Source: Macrostomum lignano (taxonomy: Eukaryota). Taken from it: 64,000 bases of DNA. The position numbers and the translations under genes are program-made. The notes under the pieces were generated by a model. The model saw only the letters and a list, made by a program, of their open reading frames with translations, was not told where the DNA came from and ran no database searches. The DNA lies in assembly GCA_002269645.1 (NCBI GenBank), contig NIVC01001843.1, positions 167,008 through 231,007 on the forward strand, read 5' to 3'. Below are positions 37,989-50,504 of the stretch, piece after piece; position 1 is the stretch's first letter; every line of letters starts with the position of its first letter.

Positions 37989-39560
37989 GTCTATTTTATT
38001 GCCTCCGTGTCTGTCTGTCCATCTATCTACTCCATCAAAAGATAAACGCACTGTAATTAGTATCTCGCTGATCCGGGTCCGGCGTGAACACATCAGCATC
38101 GATAGCGTTGGGAATGACAGAGATGCGACTGGGGCACAGCATTGCGCGTAGTGCCGTATTTTCTTTGCTGAAATGATAGTGCAAACTTGTTTTAATAGGT
38201 CATTTTTTTCTTGTACATTTTTCGAAGAATTCACCGAGAATACTACTGGAAGTAAGGTAAAAGAGAAATGCGAATGCGATCCAAAAAATTATTTCGCACT
38301 CGAAGTTAAAGAATTGTCAGTAGCGACGAGAGGATATCTTAAGGCCAGTAATAGAGGAAGCTGGCTCAGCAACTGAGGATCTGAGAGGCTGGCCCAGCAA
38401 CTGAGGATCTGAGAGGCTGGCCTAGCAACTGAGGATCTGGGAGGCTGGCCCAGCAACTGAGGATCTGAGAGGCTGGCCCAGCAACTGAGGATCTGGGAGG
38501 CTGGCCCAGCAACTGAGGATCTGGGAGGCTGGCCCAGCAACTGAGGATCTGGGAGGCTGGCCCAGCAACTGAGGATCTGAGAGGCTGGCCCAGCAACTGA
38601 GGATCTGGGAGGCTGGCCCAGTTACTGAGGATCTGGGAGGCTGGCCAAGCAACTGATGATCTGAGAGGTTTAATGTAAACAGAACTGAACAAGTTATCAA
38701 AAAAGATCTTTACCTGGTATGCGATACGCAAATTACGTGACAGGTATCGCTCAAGATTCCATTGAGCAGTTTGTTAGTCAGGATGGAGCTGACATCGGCA
38801 AAGCCGAACAGCGAATGATCGGTGAAGACGGTGGGAAGGCCGAGTGTGCGGGCGTGCAGCAGAGTCTGGTTGGCCAGAGCGCTGAAGGCCGAGTGGCCGT
38901 GGACCAGGCCGACTCGTTCGCGAATGAGCACCTGTCTGACTAGAGGTAGCGTTAGCAGAACCGTAGGCAAAACGCACTGGTTGTAGAAGGGCAGGAATGG
39001 CAAATAGTACACCTGTGATTGATGATAAACGAGTGACTAAGAATGATTAATGACCAACTAATGACACAGGGAATGATTGATGACTAAATAATGACACAGG
39101 GAATGATTAATGACCAACTAATGACACAGGGAATGATCAATGACCAACTAATGACACAGGGAATGATCAATGACCAACTAATGACACAAGGGAATGATCA
39201 ATGACAAACTAATGAGCAACTAGTGAAAGGAAATCACCAAAATCCCCAGACAGAGACTGTAGATCTGATTGTAATTAATCAGCCACATATAAATGACCAA
39301 CTAATGATTCAAAAATATTTTAAGCACAGCTCAAAGTTACCAACCTTCAGCCCATTCATCATCCATCGCACTCCTCGCCTTTCACTATTTTTTCCATAGG
39401 CATGGGTGATCACAATAACCCTGTGGCCCAAGCTGATTAAGCACTGGGCTAGCTGGTAGATGTGTGTCTCAACACCACCCATATTAGGAAAAAAGAAATC
39501 AGAAACCATGGCGATGCAAATTTTTTTGTTGATGACATCCTTGTCATTGATGTCTCCCAT
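35959..39560 (-). CDS. PIGA: Phosphatidylinositol N-acetylglucosaminyltransferase catalytic subunit (GPI-GnT, GT4 family), 6 exons, about 463 aa after two inferred 1-nt corrections
   Basis: Exons are 39560-39345, 39012-38714, 38167-38052, 37737-37532, 37114-36634 and 36030-35959. Hallmark motifs are [75 protein letters not shown] and the TM segment [15 protein letters not shown]. Exon 5 needs frame changes at ~36988 and ~36764. Confidence 0.96.
36095..36630. repeat. 22-bp minisatellite AGACACCTGACACAAACTATAC in PIGA intron 5
   Basis: About 24 units starting right at the donor. Confidence 0.96.
37195..37505. repeat. ~19-20-bp repeat CCCCATACCCCTGTGCCTT in PIGA intron 4
   Basis: About 15 diverged units. 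Confidence 0.92.
37760..38020. repeat. (CTGT)n microsatellite in PIGA intron 3
   Basis: Direct reading. Confidence 0.95.
38365..38668. repeat. 28-bp minisatellite CAGCAACTGAGGATCTG(A/G)GAGGCTGGCC in PIGA intron 2
   Basis: About 10 units. Confidence 0.96.
39045..39210. repeat. 30-bp repeat GAATGATTAATGACCAACTAATGACACAGG in PIGA intron 1
   Basis: About 5 units. Confidence 0.92.
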
Positions 39561-41101
39561 GGTTGAGACATTGGGTGCCAAATTAGGCAAATCAGATATA
39601 GTGTCTGAGTTCTGTAATCAATAGTTTAAATAAATTACTTGAAATAATAATTTTTGTAATCAGTTAAATTTTTTTAAAAGTAAAAACCTTTGTAAACATT
39701 TTTATATAGTTAGATTTATATACATTACTAATGTTAGGAAAAAATGCTAGGAGTGTTTGCATTTTAACAGCATTTTACATCATATATAACTAATATCTAT
39801 ACTAATTATTGTCTACTTTTTGTATTTTTCAATTAGTAAATTACTTATAGAAAGTGAGGTGTTATGAATTTGATATATTGTATGCTTCCAATCATAGATG
39901 CGCAACTGCTGGCTGACCTGGCCACCGTAAATTGTGCACATCAGAGTGATGTATGGTTGAGATAGGATAGTAGGGTTGAGGTATAAAAACTTCAAGGGTG
40001 GGCTAAGATGAATTGAAGGAACAGGTGCCAACACAAGGTCTCAATTGAGCCTGTTGGGTGCATGTCAGATATAGAGGTGCTTTTGTGCTTGCTTTGTTTA
40101 GATAAAGTGAGGGTAGGGTAGTAGGGCAGAGGTGAACACGCTTCACACTACACTCTAAATTGTCAAAAAGAGATGTCAAAACTGATTTCATTGTAAGAGT
40201 TGAAAGATAGGGCTTAGATGCCAACACAATGTCTCAAAATAACAAAATTGTGTGCATGATGGAGGTGTCAACATGATGTCTTAAAATAACAAAATCATGT
40301 GCATGTTGGGGGTGATGTGGGATGGGGGTTGTTCTATTTTAACTTTGAAAACTTGTTTTATAGATGACAAAGTGTCCACTCCACACTAAGTCACTTTGTC
40401 ATCCACCCTCTGAGATATTGGACAGATCGTCATCTACATAATGAAGTTGTAAGATGACAAAGTGTCCAGGTAACAATGACAAAGTATATAGGTCCAGCAT
40501 AACTAAATATTTTCATCATATTATTTTTCATAGCTACTTTGCTTTTGATCACTTTGTCATCCAATCTGACGAAATGGAATCCGACGATCTGACCAGTGAC
40601 CACACATTTTCTAATCCCAGCATTCCCAGGATATTGACAGAATACGGGATTTTGTGACCCCTACTTACACTTGGCAATTTAGTAAAAGTTTTTAAATAAA
40701 AACTAATTCGACATCATTTTGGTTACTATAGGCCCTAGACCCTAGTACAATTAGGCTACTACTACTGGACCTGTCAACTAGAATTAGCTAACTAGTGGCT
40801 GGCTGTTGCTAAACCAGTCTGCAGTCGTCGCTAGAGAACTCTTAAGGCCTTTTCATATTGCTTGTTCTGGTTCTAGAACCAGATCCAATTTGTAAAGTAT
40901 AACTTTTTGTCTCCTAAACTAGAGGGATATAAGTGCTTTAAAGTTGTGATTATTGAATGGCAATAGCCAAAAAGAAAATGAAAAATTGTGCAAAGTGAAG
41001 CTGAAAGGCAGTCAAATACTGAGCAAAGTTAAATAGTTAATATTGCTTTTTTTCTTAGAAGATCCGAATCGATTCTGGTTATGGAATTGGTAATGTGAAA
41101 A

Positions 41102-42083
41102 GGGTCTACGACAATTGACTGCCACAATTTGACTGCGGTCAATTTGACTGTGGACAACTTGACTGCCAAGCAATTTGACTGCTGACAAAATGACTGCCAA
41201 CAAAATGACTGCGGACAAAATGACTGCCAAAAATTTGACTGCGGACAAAATGACTACCGACAAAATGACTGCCAACAAAATGACTGCCGACAAAATGACT
41301 GCCGACAAAATGACTGCCGACAAAATGACTGCGGAAATTTGACTGCCGACAATATGACTGCGGCAATTTGGCTGCCGACAATATGACTGCGGCAATTTGA
41401 CTGCCCACAACACAATATGACTGCGGCAGTTTGACTGCTGAGCAATTTGACTGCCAGCGAAATGACTGCCGGAAAAATGAAGAGGAATTTTGTTGGCAGT
41501 CAAATTGCTCGGCAGTCAAATTGCTGCAGTCATTTTGCTGGCAGTCAAATTGCCGCAGTCATATTGTCGGCAGTCGAATTGCCGCAGTCATATTGTTGGC
41601 AGTCAAATTTCCGCAGTCATTTTGTCAGCAGTCATTTTGTTGGCAATCATTTTGTTGGCAGTCAAATTGTCGGCAGTCATTTTGTCCGCAGTCATTTTGT
41701 CGGCAGTCAAATTGTCGGCAGTCATTTTGTCGGCAGTCATTTTGTCCGCAGTCAAATTGTCGGCAGTCATTTTGTCCGCAGTCATTTTGTTCGCAGTCAT
41801 TTTGTCGGCAGTCAAATTGCTCGGCAGTCAAATTGTCCGCAGTCAAATTGACCGCAGTCAAATTGTGGCAGTCAGTGGCGTAGGGAGGGGGGGATCAGGG
41901 GGGATGTATCCCCCCCCGAAGAGCCTGACCAAAACTTTTTTGTTGCACTTTTTCGCTATACATGCTACCATGTGAGCACTTTTACCTTGGTGTATCCCCC
42001 CCCGTAGGAAATTCACCTTGGTGTATCCCCCCCGTAGGAAATTCCTGGCTACGCCCCTGGTGGCAGTCAATTGTCGTGCACCC
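41102..42083. mobile_element. Foldback-type non-autonomous DNA transposon (MULE/FB-like) with internally repetitive inverted arms and a 9-bp TSD
   Basis: The left end GGGTCTACGACAATTGACTGCC mirrors the right end ...CAATTGTCGTGCACCC. The arms are built from (TT/AA)TGACTGC/GCAGTCA subrepeats. The identical 9-mer ATGTGAAAA lies at 41093-41101 and 42084-42092. Confidence 0.9.
41873..42059. mobile_element. 187-bp hAT-like MITE nested in the right arm of the foldback element
   Basis: TIRs are CAGTGGCGTAG and CTACGCCCCTG (10/11 match). A perfect 8-bp TSD GTGGCAGT lies at 41865-41872 and 42060-42067. An 8-bp TSD with CAG-ends is typical of hAT. Confidence 0.9.
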
Positions 42084-42872
42084 ATGTGAAAAGCTCCCCT
42101 TAGACGTCTGGCCTCATTTCGAAGAAAAAGCAAAAGTTAAATCCTGTCATTTACTATTTGATATCAAAACAAGATATTTTTTTATAAAATATATTTTGTC
42201 AGTATTACTTTAACATTAAGGCTTAAAAAGACAAGTTAAGGGATATTTTTACCTTATTTGTTTAACATTTTAACATTAATTAAAACTTAATTTAACCTTA
42301 ATCGTCCTTTAACATGGAGATCAAATATCAAATATGAATGTCAGTTTCGGTCTAAGTTATAAAGATTTCAGTGGGCCTATATACTTAGCATAGGCCTCGT
42401 CGGAATTTAGAAAGTGTTTTAGTACAGGAGATGTTCAGATAGAGCCTAGATTCTAGAAGTTTTACTTCGCAATTATATTTTTTTTCATTAAATCAATTTT
42501 TAATCTTTAAGGTGGCTAGGCAATTAATGTTTCATAGTTAAACTGAAATGAACATTTTTACCAGTTGGTAGTTTGCTTGTCTAGACTTAAAGGTACTATC
42601 AACAAGACTTTTGTTTAACCTATAATAATTTATAATAGGCTTAACCTATGCCTATGGTAATCAATTAGTTAATAAAAGGCCCCTAATCAATTGCAACTCC
42701 CTGATTTACACTGACCATGCAACTTACTTTTGATCAAAAGTGTGACTTAATTTTAAAAGAAACTGTTAAGCAAAAGTTAATGCAATTTTAGATAAATGGT
42801 AAAAGTAACTATAACTGTCCTATTTATTTAGGCTAAATCCCTTATCATATCATCTCAATTAATATTGTAGGC

Positions 42873-43162
42873 GGCAATGGCTAGAGTTCCGGCACCAGAA
42901 CCCATTTTCTAATGGCTACGGATCCGGCAGTGCCATTATAATATAGATGGAACATTATATTTTTCTTTCTACAGGTGGCTGATATTGAGATTTTGTTCTA
43001 GATTAAAATTTAAGACAATATGATAAGATTCGGGACGAGATGCTTCTAATATTCAGACTTCTTAAGATATGTTCTTAGCAGTCTTTATATGCTTCTATAT
43101 GGCACTGCCAGATCCCTAGCTGTTAGAAAACGGGTTCTTGTGCTGGAACTCTAGCCATTACC
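42873..43162. mobile_element. 290-bp MITE with ~62-bp TIRs and a 9-bp TSD (Merlin- or MULE-like)
   Basis: GGCAATGGCTAGAGTTCCGGCACCAGAACCC... mirrors ...GGGTTCTTGTGCTGGAACTCTAGCCATTACC. The flanks are ATTGTAGGC (42864-42872) and ATTATAGGC (43163-43171). Confidence 0.85.
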
Positions 43163-43172
43163 ATTATAGGCC

Positions 43173-43834
43173 GGTTATCCTTCAGTTTTGTTCGTTTAAT
43201 TATTTTCAGAGTCTTATATTATTTTTTACCCCTTTTTCAGCATGGCAGGTTGCCCATCTGCTCTGACGACAATTGTTGCGACACGAAATAAGATTATCAA
43301 ATTATTTGGTGGCCCTGAAAAGGGCCATTTTATCGTTTAGGTACAATTACTATTACTATACACTAGCTGTGAAGAGTGTTTAGGCAGCATAGTAGTGGCT
43401 TACCCAGTATAGGAAGTCCACCAGTTGGGTTAGCTGCAAGTGGCTATGCTCAAAGAACAAGCCCTTCCTGATAGACTCCTAAGCGCAGCAGTCCTTGCAG
43501 GCCTAGGCCCAGCCATCAACGTAATGATCACCAGCTTGATGACGTTAAAGCCGCATTTGGGGTGTCGTAAGCAGTTGTCGTTATGGCACTGGCACTCGTT
43601 GGGCAGCAGCCGGTACTTCACCAGCCAGTGCATCACAGATTGTGTGTCAGCAGTCAGGATAGCAAGGTCATGTATCTTCATGAACAGAAGATTGCATAGG
43701 TCAGTTGTTGGCCTGACCTCAGCCAGTGGGACAATTGTCGTCGGAGTAGATGGGCAACTCGCCATGCTGAAAAAGGGGTAAAAAATAATAAAAGACTCTG
43801 AAAATAATTAAATGAATGAAACTAAAGGATAGCC
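43173..43834 (-). mobile_element. Internally deleted Merlin/ISXO2-like DNA transposon (662 bp) with 104-bp TIRs
   Basis: TIRs at 43173-43276 and 43731-43834 are about 90% identical by manual count. The flanks are TTATAGGCC and TTGTAGGCC. The element carries a transposase N-terminal relic. Confidence 0.82.
43404..43765 (-). pseudogene. Decayed N-terminus of a Merlin/ISXO2-type transposase
   Basis: Frame 1 reads ...HWLVKYRLLPNECQCHNDNC.... After a frameshift it reads YVDGWA*ACKDCCA*ESIRKGLFFEHSHLQLTQLVDFLYW, then GTAAG. This matches the Merlin-type pattern DG..W.C..C....SIR.G.FF..S.L.....Y.W. There are two in-frame TAG stops and no DDE domain. Confidence 0.72.
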
Positions 43835-45725
43835 TTGTAGGCCTACTATCTATTTTCTTTTATATAGGGGGCCTAGGCCTAGGCATTTTTCTGACTTACC
43901 CCTAGTCTATCACAATAGGATATCCAATGAGCCTATTTTTTAGCATGTGGATAGGGGCCTAAACAAAAATGGTAAAAAAGTGGTCTTCTTGGAATGGCTA
44001 TAATTTTTTCAATATTAAAGATATGGAAAAATCTTATATAAAGTATTATATTATAGGCCTTTTCATTGAAAATAGACAAATAAATCTTTCATTTCAAACG
44101 ATAGCTATATATTTTACTTGTTTAGTACATGATTACAAAGATAAAAAGCAATACCTAGAATACTAAAATAAGTAATAAAATAAAAAAGTTAAAAACATTT
44201 TATTGTAAAAAATGAGTAGGCCTACAAGTATAATCATAGGGCCTTAGACTTGTAACTAAATATTATTATCAATTATAATTTATATAATTTATGCAATATT
44301 ACAATTTTGCAAATTTTACTCTTTATAAGCTTATTATCTACTAGGCCTAGGCTCTAGTCCAAATGTAATACCAAACAGAGGTAGATCCAAAGTGGATAGA
44401 AGAGAGGGCTAAGGAGGCCATGCCCCTCTTAGCCATGGCCAAGAAAGTATAGCCTATTTTTTGGCCATAGGCTTATAGCTAAGAGGGGAAAGCAAATCGT
44501 TTTTAATGTTAGGTCATATATGTGCAACCTCAAAACTTTGGTTGGCTATATGATTTAGTTTTAACAAAAATGCAATATAGTTTTTGGCCAATAATGCGAC
44601 TTATATGTAAAAGATACACTAAAGCAAATTAACAACTTTGAGTAAATAGCAGAAGTAACTATGACTGTATTATTAAGGCAAAATGCCTCATCATCTACTT
44701 AGTACTACTTGCGTATTTATTTTGGTGGGCATTTTTGTGACTTACCTTGGTTGGCCACCAAATCGGTTGGCCAGATTGGCCAACTTGGCCAACTGTTGCG
44801 CATGTATGTATTAGGTTATAATGCTTAATGTGTCCAACTTGGCCTCTTTTCCTATTTTGAATTTTCTAAATCCATGCCTATTATTATCACCAAAAGTATT
44901 AAAACTGTTTACCAAAGTGCTTATTACCAAAAGTTCTTATCACAAATGAAACTTATAAGTAACCAAATTGAACAAGTAGGCCTTCTTTTAAACAGGTCTT
45001 AAAAGTTAAATCAATACTTACATGTAAGTTAGAATTCTTTTTTTTGGTCAATTGCTTTTTATTAGTTTAAATAAAAAAATTGAGCATTATTCAAACAAAT
45101 ATTTAAAACCATAGCCATATGGGCATTTGTTACAAAATTATAAGATTTACTAAGGCTTAGAAAATATAAACATTTAATGACTTTATATCAATAGTAAAAA
45201 AGTAATATATGCATACCTATTAGCCAACCTAGCCTATTTGAATTTGGCTATTATAAACTATTAGATTTTTCTTTTGTTTATATTTGACAATGTTTAATAA
45301 CAAATATATATATATATTTTTCTCTCTTGTTAGATTAGTCATAAAACTTAATATTTTTTGTTAGAATCAAGTTACATAATGAGTATAATTTCAAAGGTTG
45401 CATATATATAAGCAAATAATATATTGCATTATACTATATGCCTAAATTTTTCCTTAATATAAGTATATTGTGCTTAGGCCTCTTGTGCATAGGTCGTTGT
45501 TTAGAAAAGCTCAAACATTACAATTTTAATGTGCAATTTTAATATAGGTTCAGATTTACAGACTTTGGTCTATTATGGTAGCATTTGAAAAAATCTTGAT
45601 CTGAACATTGTTACTACTATTAAATTTTATTTATAACATAGGTTAAATAAACAGATTTTTTACCTTAAAACAAAACTGATTTTAAATGCTTATTTATAAT
45701 AAATGCATGCCCATTTTGGCACCAA

Positions 45726-48700
45726 ATGGGTGCAGATCAGAGCAGACCAGATGATCAAGATGGACAAAATTGGCAGAATAGCAACAGTGCCAATGCTGCT
45801 AGCAGCAACAATAGCAACAACAATGCTACCTCCAATAGTATAAGTGAACCCATGGGCAACAACTTTGTGCAGAGCTTGTCTTCAACTCATAGACAGGCTG
45901 GTAGGCAGCAGACAGCTCAGTTGCCGCAGTCTCAACCAGTGCTTACTAGTAGTAGTAGTAATTTTGCAGCAGCTCTGTCCACTGCTACAGTGGCTAGTAT
46001 GAGTGGCAATGGTGCAGTTGGCCCTGTCCAGTCTCGCACACTGCCACATCACTTTGCTAGACCACCGCCTGCTCATTATCAGCAGCATCATCAACACCAG
46101 CTGGCGCAAGCAGTTGCTGGTGCTGCCCAAATTCCACCTCGTCAAGTTCCGCATCAGCACCATACTCCAGCAAGACTGCCTCATCATCATGTTGAAAATA
46201 GTACGGCAAATAATAATAATAATACTTTGCAGTTTATTAAGCATCATCGAATGCCAGACAGGCTGCCTGCACATCAGCATGGTAAGTATTTTGTCTGTAT
46301 GTGGGTTTTTCTGACAGCCTAGAAGTTTATTTAGTGGTTTCGAGCTGACATCCCAGCAGTTTATCATTGGGTTGCGAGCTGACATCCCAGCAGTTTATTA
46401 TTGGGTTTCGAGCTGACATCCCAGCAGTTTATCATTGGGTTTCGAGCTGACATCCCAGCAGTTTATCATTGGGTTGCAAGCTGACATCCCAGCAGTTTAT
46501 TATTGGGTTGCAAGCTGACATCCCAGCAGTTTATCATTGGGTTGCAAGCTGACATCCCAGCAGTTTATCATTGGGTTTTGAGCTGACATCCCAGCAGTTT
46601 ATTATTGGGTTTCGAGCTGACATCCCAGCAGTTTATCATTGGGTTTCGAGCTGACATCCCAGCAGTTTATCATTGGGTTGCAAGCTGACATCCCAGCAGT
46701 TTATTATTGGGTTGCAAGCTGACATCCCAGCAGTTTATCATTGGGTTGCGAGCTGACATCCCAGCAGTTTATCATTGGGTTGCAAGCTGACATCCCAGCA
46801 GTTTATCATTGGGTTGCAAGCTGACTAGTTGATTTATTTCATGCAAAACTTCAGCAACACCTGGCCAAGTAGCAACAGCAGCCGCCGCCACAGCCCCACC
46901 GCAGTTGCCGCCGCAGCCGCAGCCACTCTGCAGGACGCCAACAGTGGCCGTCGCGATCGCGATCCCGATCCATATCGATATCGAATAGATAGGCGCCAAT
47001 CAGATAAGCCGAGGATACAGCTGATACAGCAGAAGCACGAGCATAGCGGAGCCGGTGCTAGACAAAAAAATGAAGTTTATCATCCACAGGTAAACTTGAT
47101 TGCTTGGCAAATTGTTTTATTTCATGAGAGAGGACTGCAATCTTTAGGGTTATTAAGTAATTTGATTGCTAGATAAAATTTTGCAAGGTAAATTGCGATA
47201 AAATGGGAATCATATTGAAAGATAACTTATGGGTATTATTTAGGATAAATTATAATTTTGGGATAAATTGAAATATATATTTTACTTAAATTATCAAGGA
47301 CTTTAAGAAATGAATTGTGCATAATACTCACGGATAAATTATGGATGATATTTCGGGATAAATTATGAATGATATTTGGGGATCAATTATGAATGATATT
47401 TGAGGATAAATTATGGATGATATTTCGGGATAAATTATGAATGATATTTGGGGATAAATAATGAATGATATTTCAGGATAAATTATGGATGATATTTCGG
47501 GATAAATTATGGATGATATTTCGGGATAAATTATGGATGATATTTCGGGATAAATTATGGATAATATTTCAGGATAAATTATGGATGATATTTCGGGATA
47601 AATTATGGATGATATTTCGGGAGAAATTATGGATGATATTTGGGATAAATTATGAATGATTTTTGGGGATCAATTATGAATGATATTTGAGGATAAATTA
47701 TGGATGATATTTCGGGATAAATTATGAATGATATTTGGGGATAAATAATGAATGATATTTCAGGATAAATTATGGATGATATTTCGGGATAAATTATGGA
47801 TGATATTTCGGGATAAATTATGGATGATATTTCGGGATAAATTATGGATAATATTTCAGGATAAATTATGGATGATATTTCGGGATAAATTATGGATGAT
47901 ATTTCGGGAGAAATTATGCATGTTTTGAGGGATAAATTATGGATGATATTTCTGGATAAATTATGGATGATATTTGGGATAAATTATGAATGATTTTTTG
48001 GATAAATTATGGATGATATTTCGGGATGAATTATGGATGATATTTCGGGATAAATTATGAATGATATTTAGGGATAAATTATGGATGATATTTCGGGATA
48101 AATTATGGATGATATTTAGGGATAAATTATGGATGATATTTAGGGATAAATTATGGATGATATTTCGGGATAAATTATGGATGATATTTAGGGATAAATT
48201 ATGGATGATATTTCGGGATAAATTATGGATGATATTTCGGGAGAAATTATGGATGATATTTTGGGAGAAATTATGGATGAAATTTCGGGAGAAATTATGC
48301 ATGTTATTGAGGAATAAATTTTGAATGATACTCGTAATTAGGGATGAAATATTGGATGACAATGGGGGAAAATTATCGATGATGATTAGCGGATAATTAT
48401 GGATAACATGGGGGGATAAAATTGTAGATGATATTAGCGATACATTATTTATATTTTGAGGATAAAGTCATAAGTACTAGCACACTATATGCATTAGTTA
48501 AAGTTGCCGCCACTCCATTCCGCTATTGCTGCCGCAGGTGGAAGCAATCAGCCCAGCACCTGAGGAGAATCTCGCCGATCAGCGTCTCCAGAAAGAGAAA
48601 ACCGAAGTTGGCTACAGACTAATCAGCATCGAGAATGACATTAAAAGTGTCCAAGACCAGCTATTGGCAAAAACTGCCGAACGAGACAAATTATTAAGCC

Positions 48701-50462
48701 GAGTACGACAAAGCGAAACCGAAGAGGGCCGTCGCCGAGAAGACGAGGAGCTTGAGCAGCGGCTGGTGAATCCGTTTGCTGCTATCGTAGCCGAGAACCG
48801 GCGCAAAGCGGCACAGAGCCACAGGAAAGTGTGGCCGGAGCCGGTGCCGGATTCGCCCTATTATAATCAGCCGTCGGATGTGGCCGCTATACGCGATCAG
48901 GAGCTTCGGCATCGGGAATTTAAGCCGCGCCTAATTCGACACCTACGTCGCATCCGGCTAGCTAATGAGAGGCGCGAGCGTCATTTGCGCGACTCTTATA
49001 ACGATCTGCAGCGGCATTGGACCCGCCGACTGGAGCGTCTGGCCAACAGTGGCAAGCAGAAGCAGCGCGAGGCGAAATGGCGCGATTATTTTGAACGATA
49101 TTTTCCCGAGCTACGCAAGAGTAGAGACGAAAAAGAGAAGATGGAGCGGTTCTATGCTCAGCCGGCTCAGACGGCCAGAACCGAAGGCGAAGTGGCCGAT
49201 ATGATGGAGCTGATTAAACGGGCGAAAGAAGAGGAAGAGCGAATGAAAAGCTTGGCGGTATTGCCGCCGATGCTTCTAGCACCGTGGGATATCGCTAGGC
49301 GCTACGTGAACACGCAGGGCTTGCTACTGACTGACCCCAGCCAGCATTGGAGTAGTCATCAAGATTTGTCATTCAAATGGACAGAGGCTGAGAGGCAAAT
49401 ATTTCGGGAGAAATTTCTTGTGTTTGGCAAAAACTTTAGCGCTATAGCAGCCTATTTGCATGGCAAATCGGTTAGCGAATGCGTGCAGTTCTATTATCTC
49501 ACTAAGAAGAAGGAAGGCTACAAGATTTTGTTTAAGAAGCAGAACATTCGTCGCAGAGTTAATAAAGGAGCTGCCGCTGCCGCTGCCGCTGCCGCTGCTG
49601 CTGCCGCTGCTGCTGCTGCTGCTGCAGCTTCAAATCATCAGCATCTGCAGCCGGTAGTGTTCAACCAGTTCGGCCTAGCAGCAGCAGCACTGCTCAAGCT
49701 GAGCAGCAGACTCAACAATCAACGCCTCAGCAGCAGCAGCAGTCTGCAGTTGAAGATGACTTTGACGATGTCAGCATGGACGGACAGGAGCAGGAGGAGC
49801 AACAGGAGACTTCTAATCAGCAGACCGAGGCCGATGGTAGTATTGAACTGCCACGCGGCGGCGTTAGCGGCAGTCCGCGCGATCGAACTTCGATTGGCAC
49901 TTTGGAGGAGCCGTCTCACACACAGCAGCAAAAGCAGCAGCTGCCTTTGACTCAGCGGTGTATTCGCGACAGGATTCACATGACTATTGAACAGAATTTT
50001 ATACCATCGCCGACGGGTATTATGCAACAACAGCAAGAGCAGCACCAGTTGTTCAGAGAATATTTGCCTAATAAGCGAGAGTATCCTGCAATGCAGCAGC
50101 CTCAGCTGCATCAACCGCTAGCCAAACAGCCTAGGTTTGATTCTCATATTAATCAGCAGGCTCAATCGCCTTCGATTAGGCATTCCGCATTTGAGCCAGT
50201 CATTCAGCAGCATCATCAGCATCTGCAGCAGCCGCTGCCGCCTCCTCTGTCCAAGGCTACTATGGACCAGCGGCATCACCAGCAACTTCTTGCTGCTGCG
50301 GCTGCTGCTGCGGCTTGGCAGCAACAGCAGCAACAACAGCAACAACAACAACAACAACAACAACAGCAGCAACTTTATCGTCCAAGGCTTCCCGTCTATC
50401 CGGAGCCTGCCGCATCTACTAGAGCAATAATGCAGGAAAATTTCTTGCAAGCTCAACAGTTT

Positions 50463-50504
<42 letters not shown>

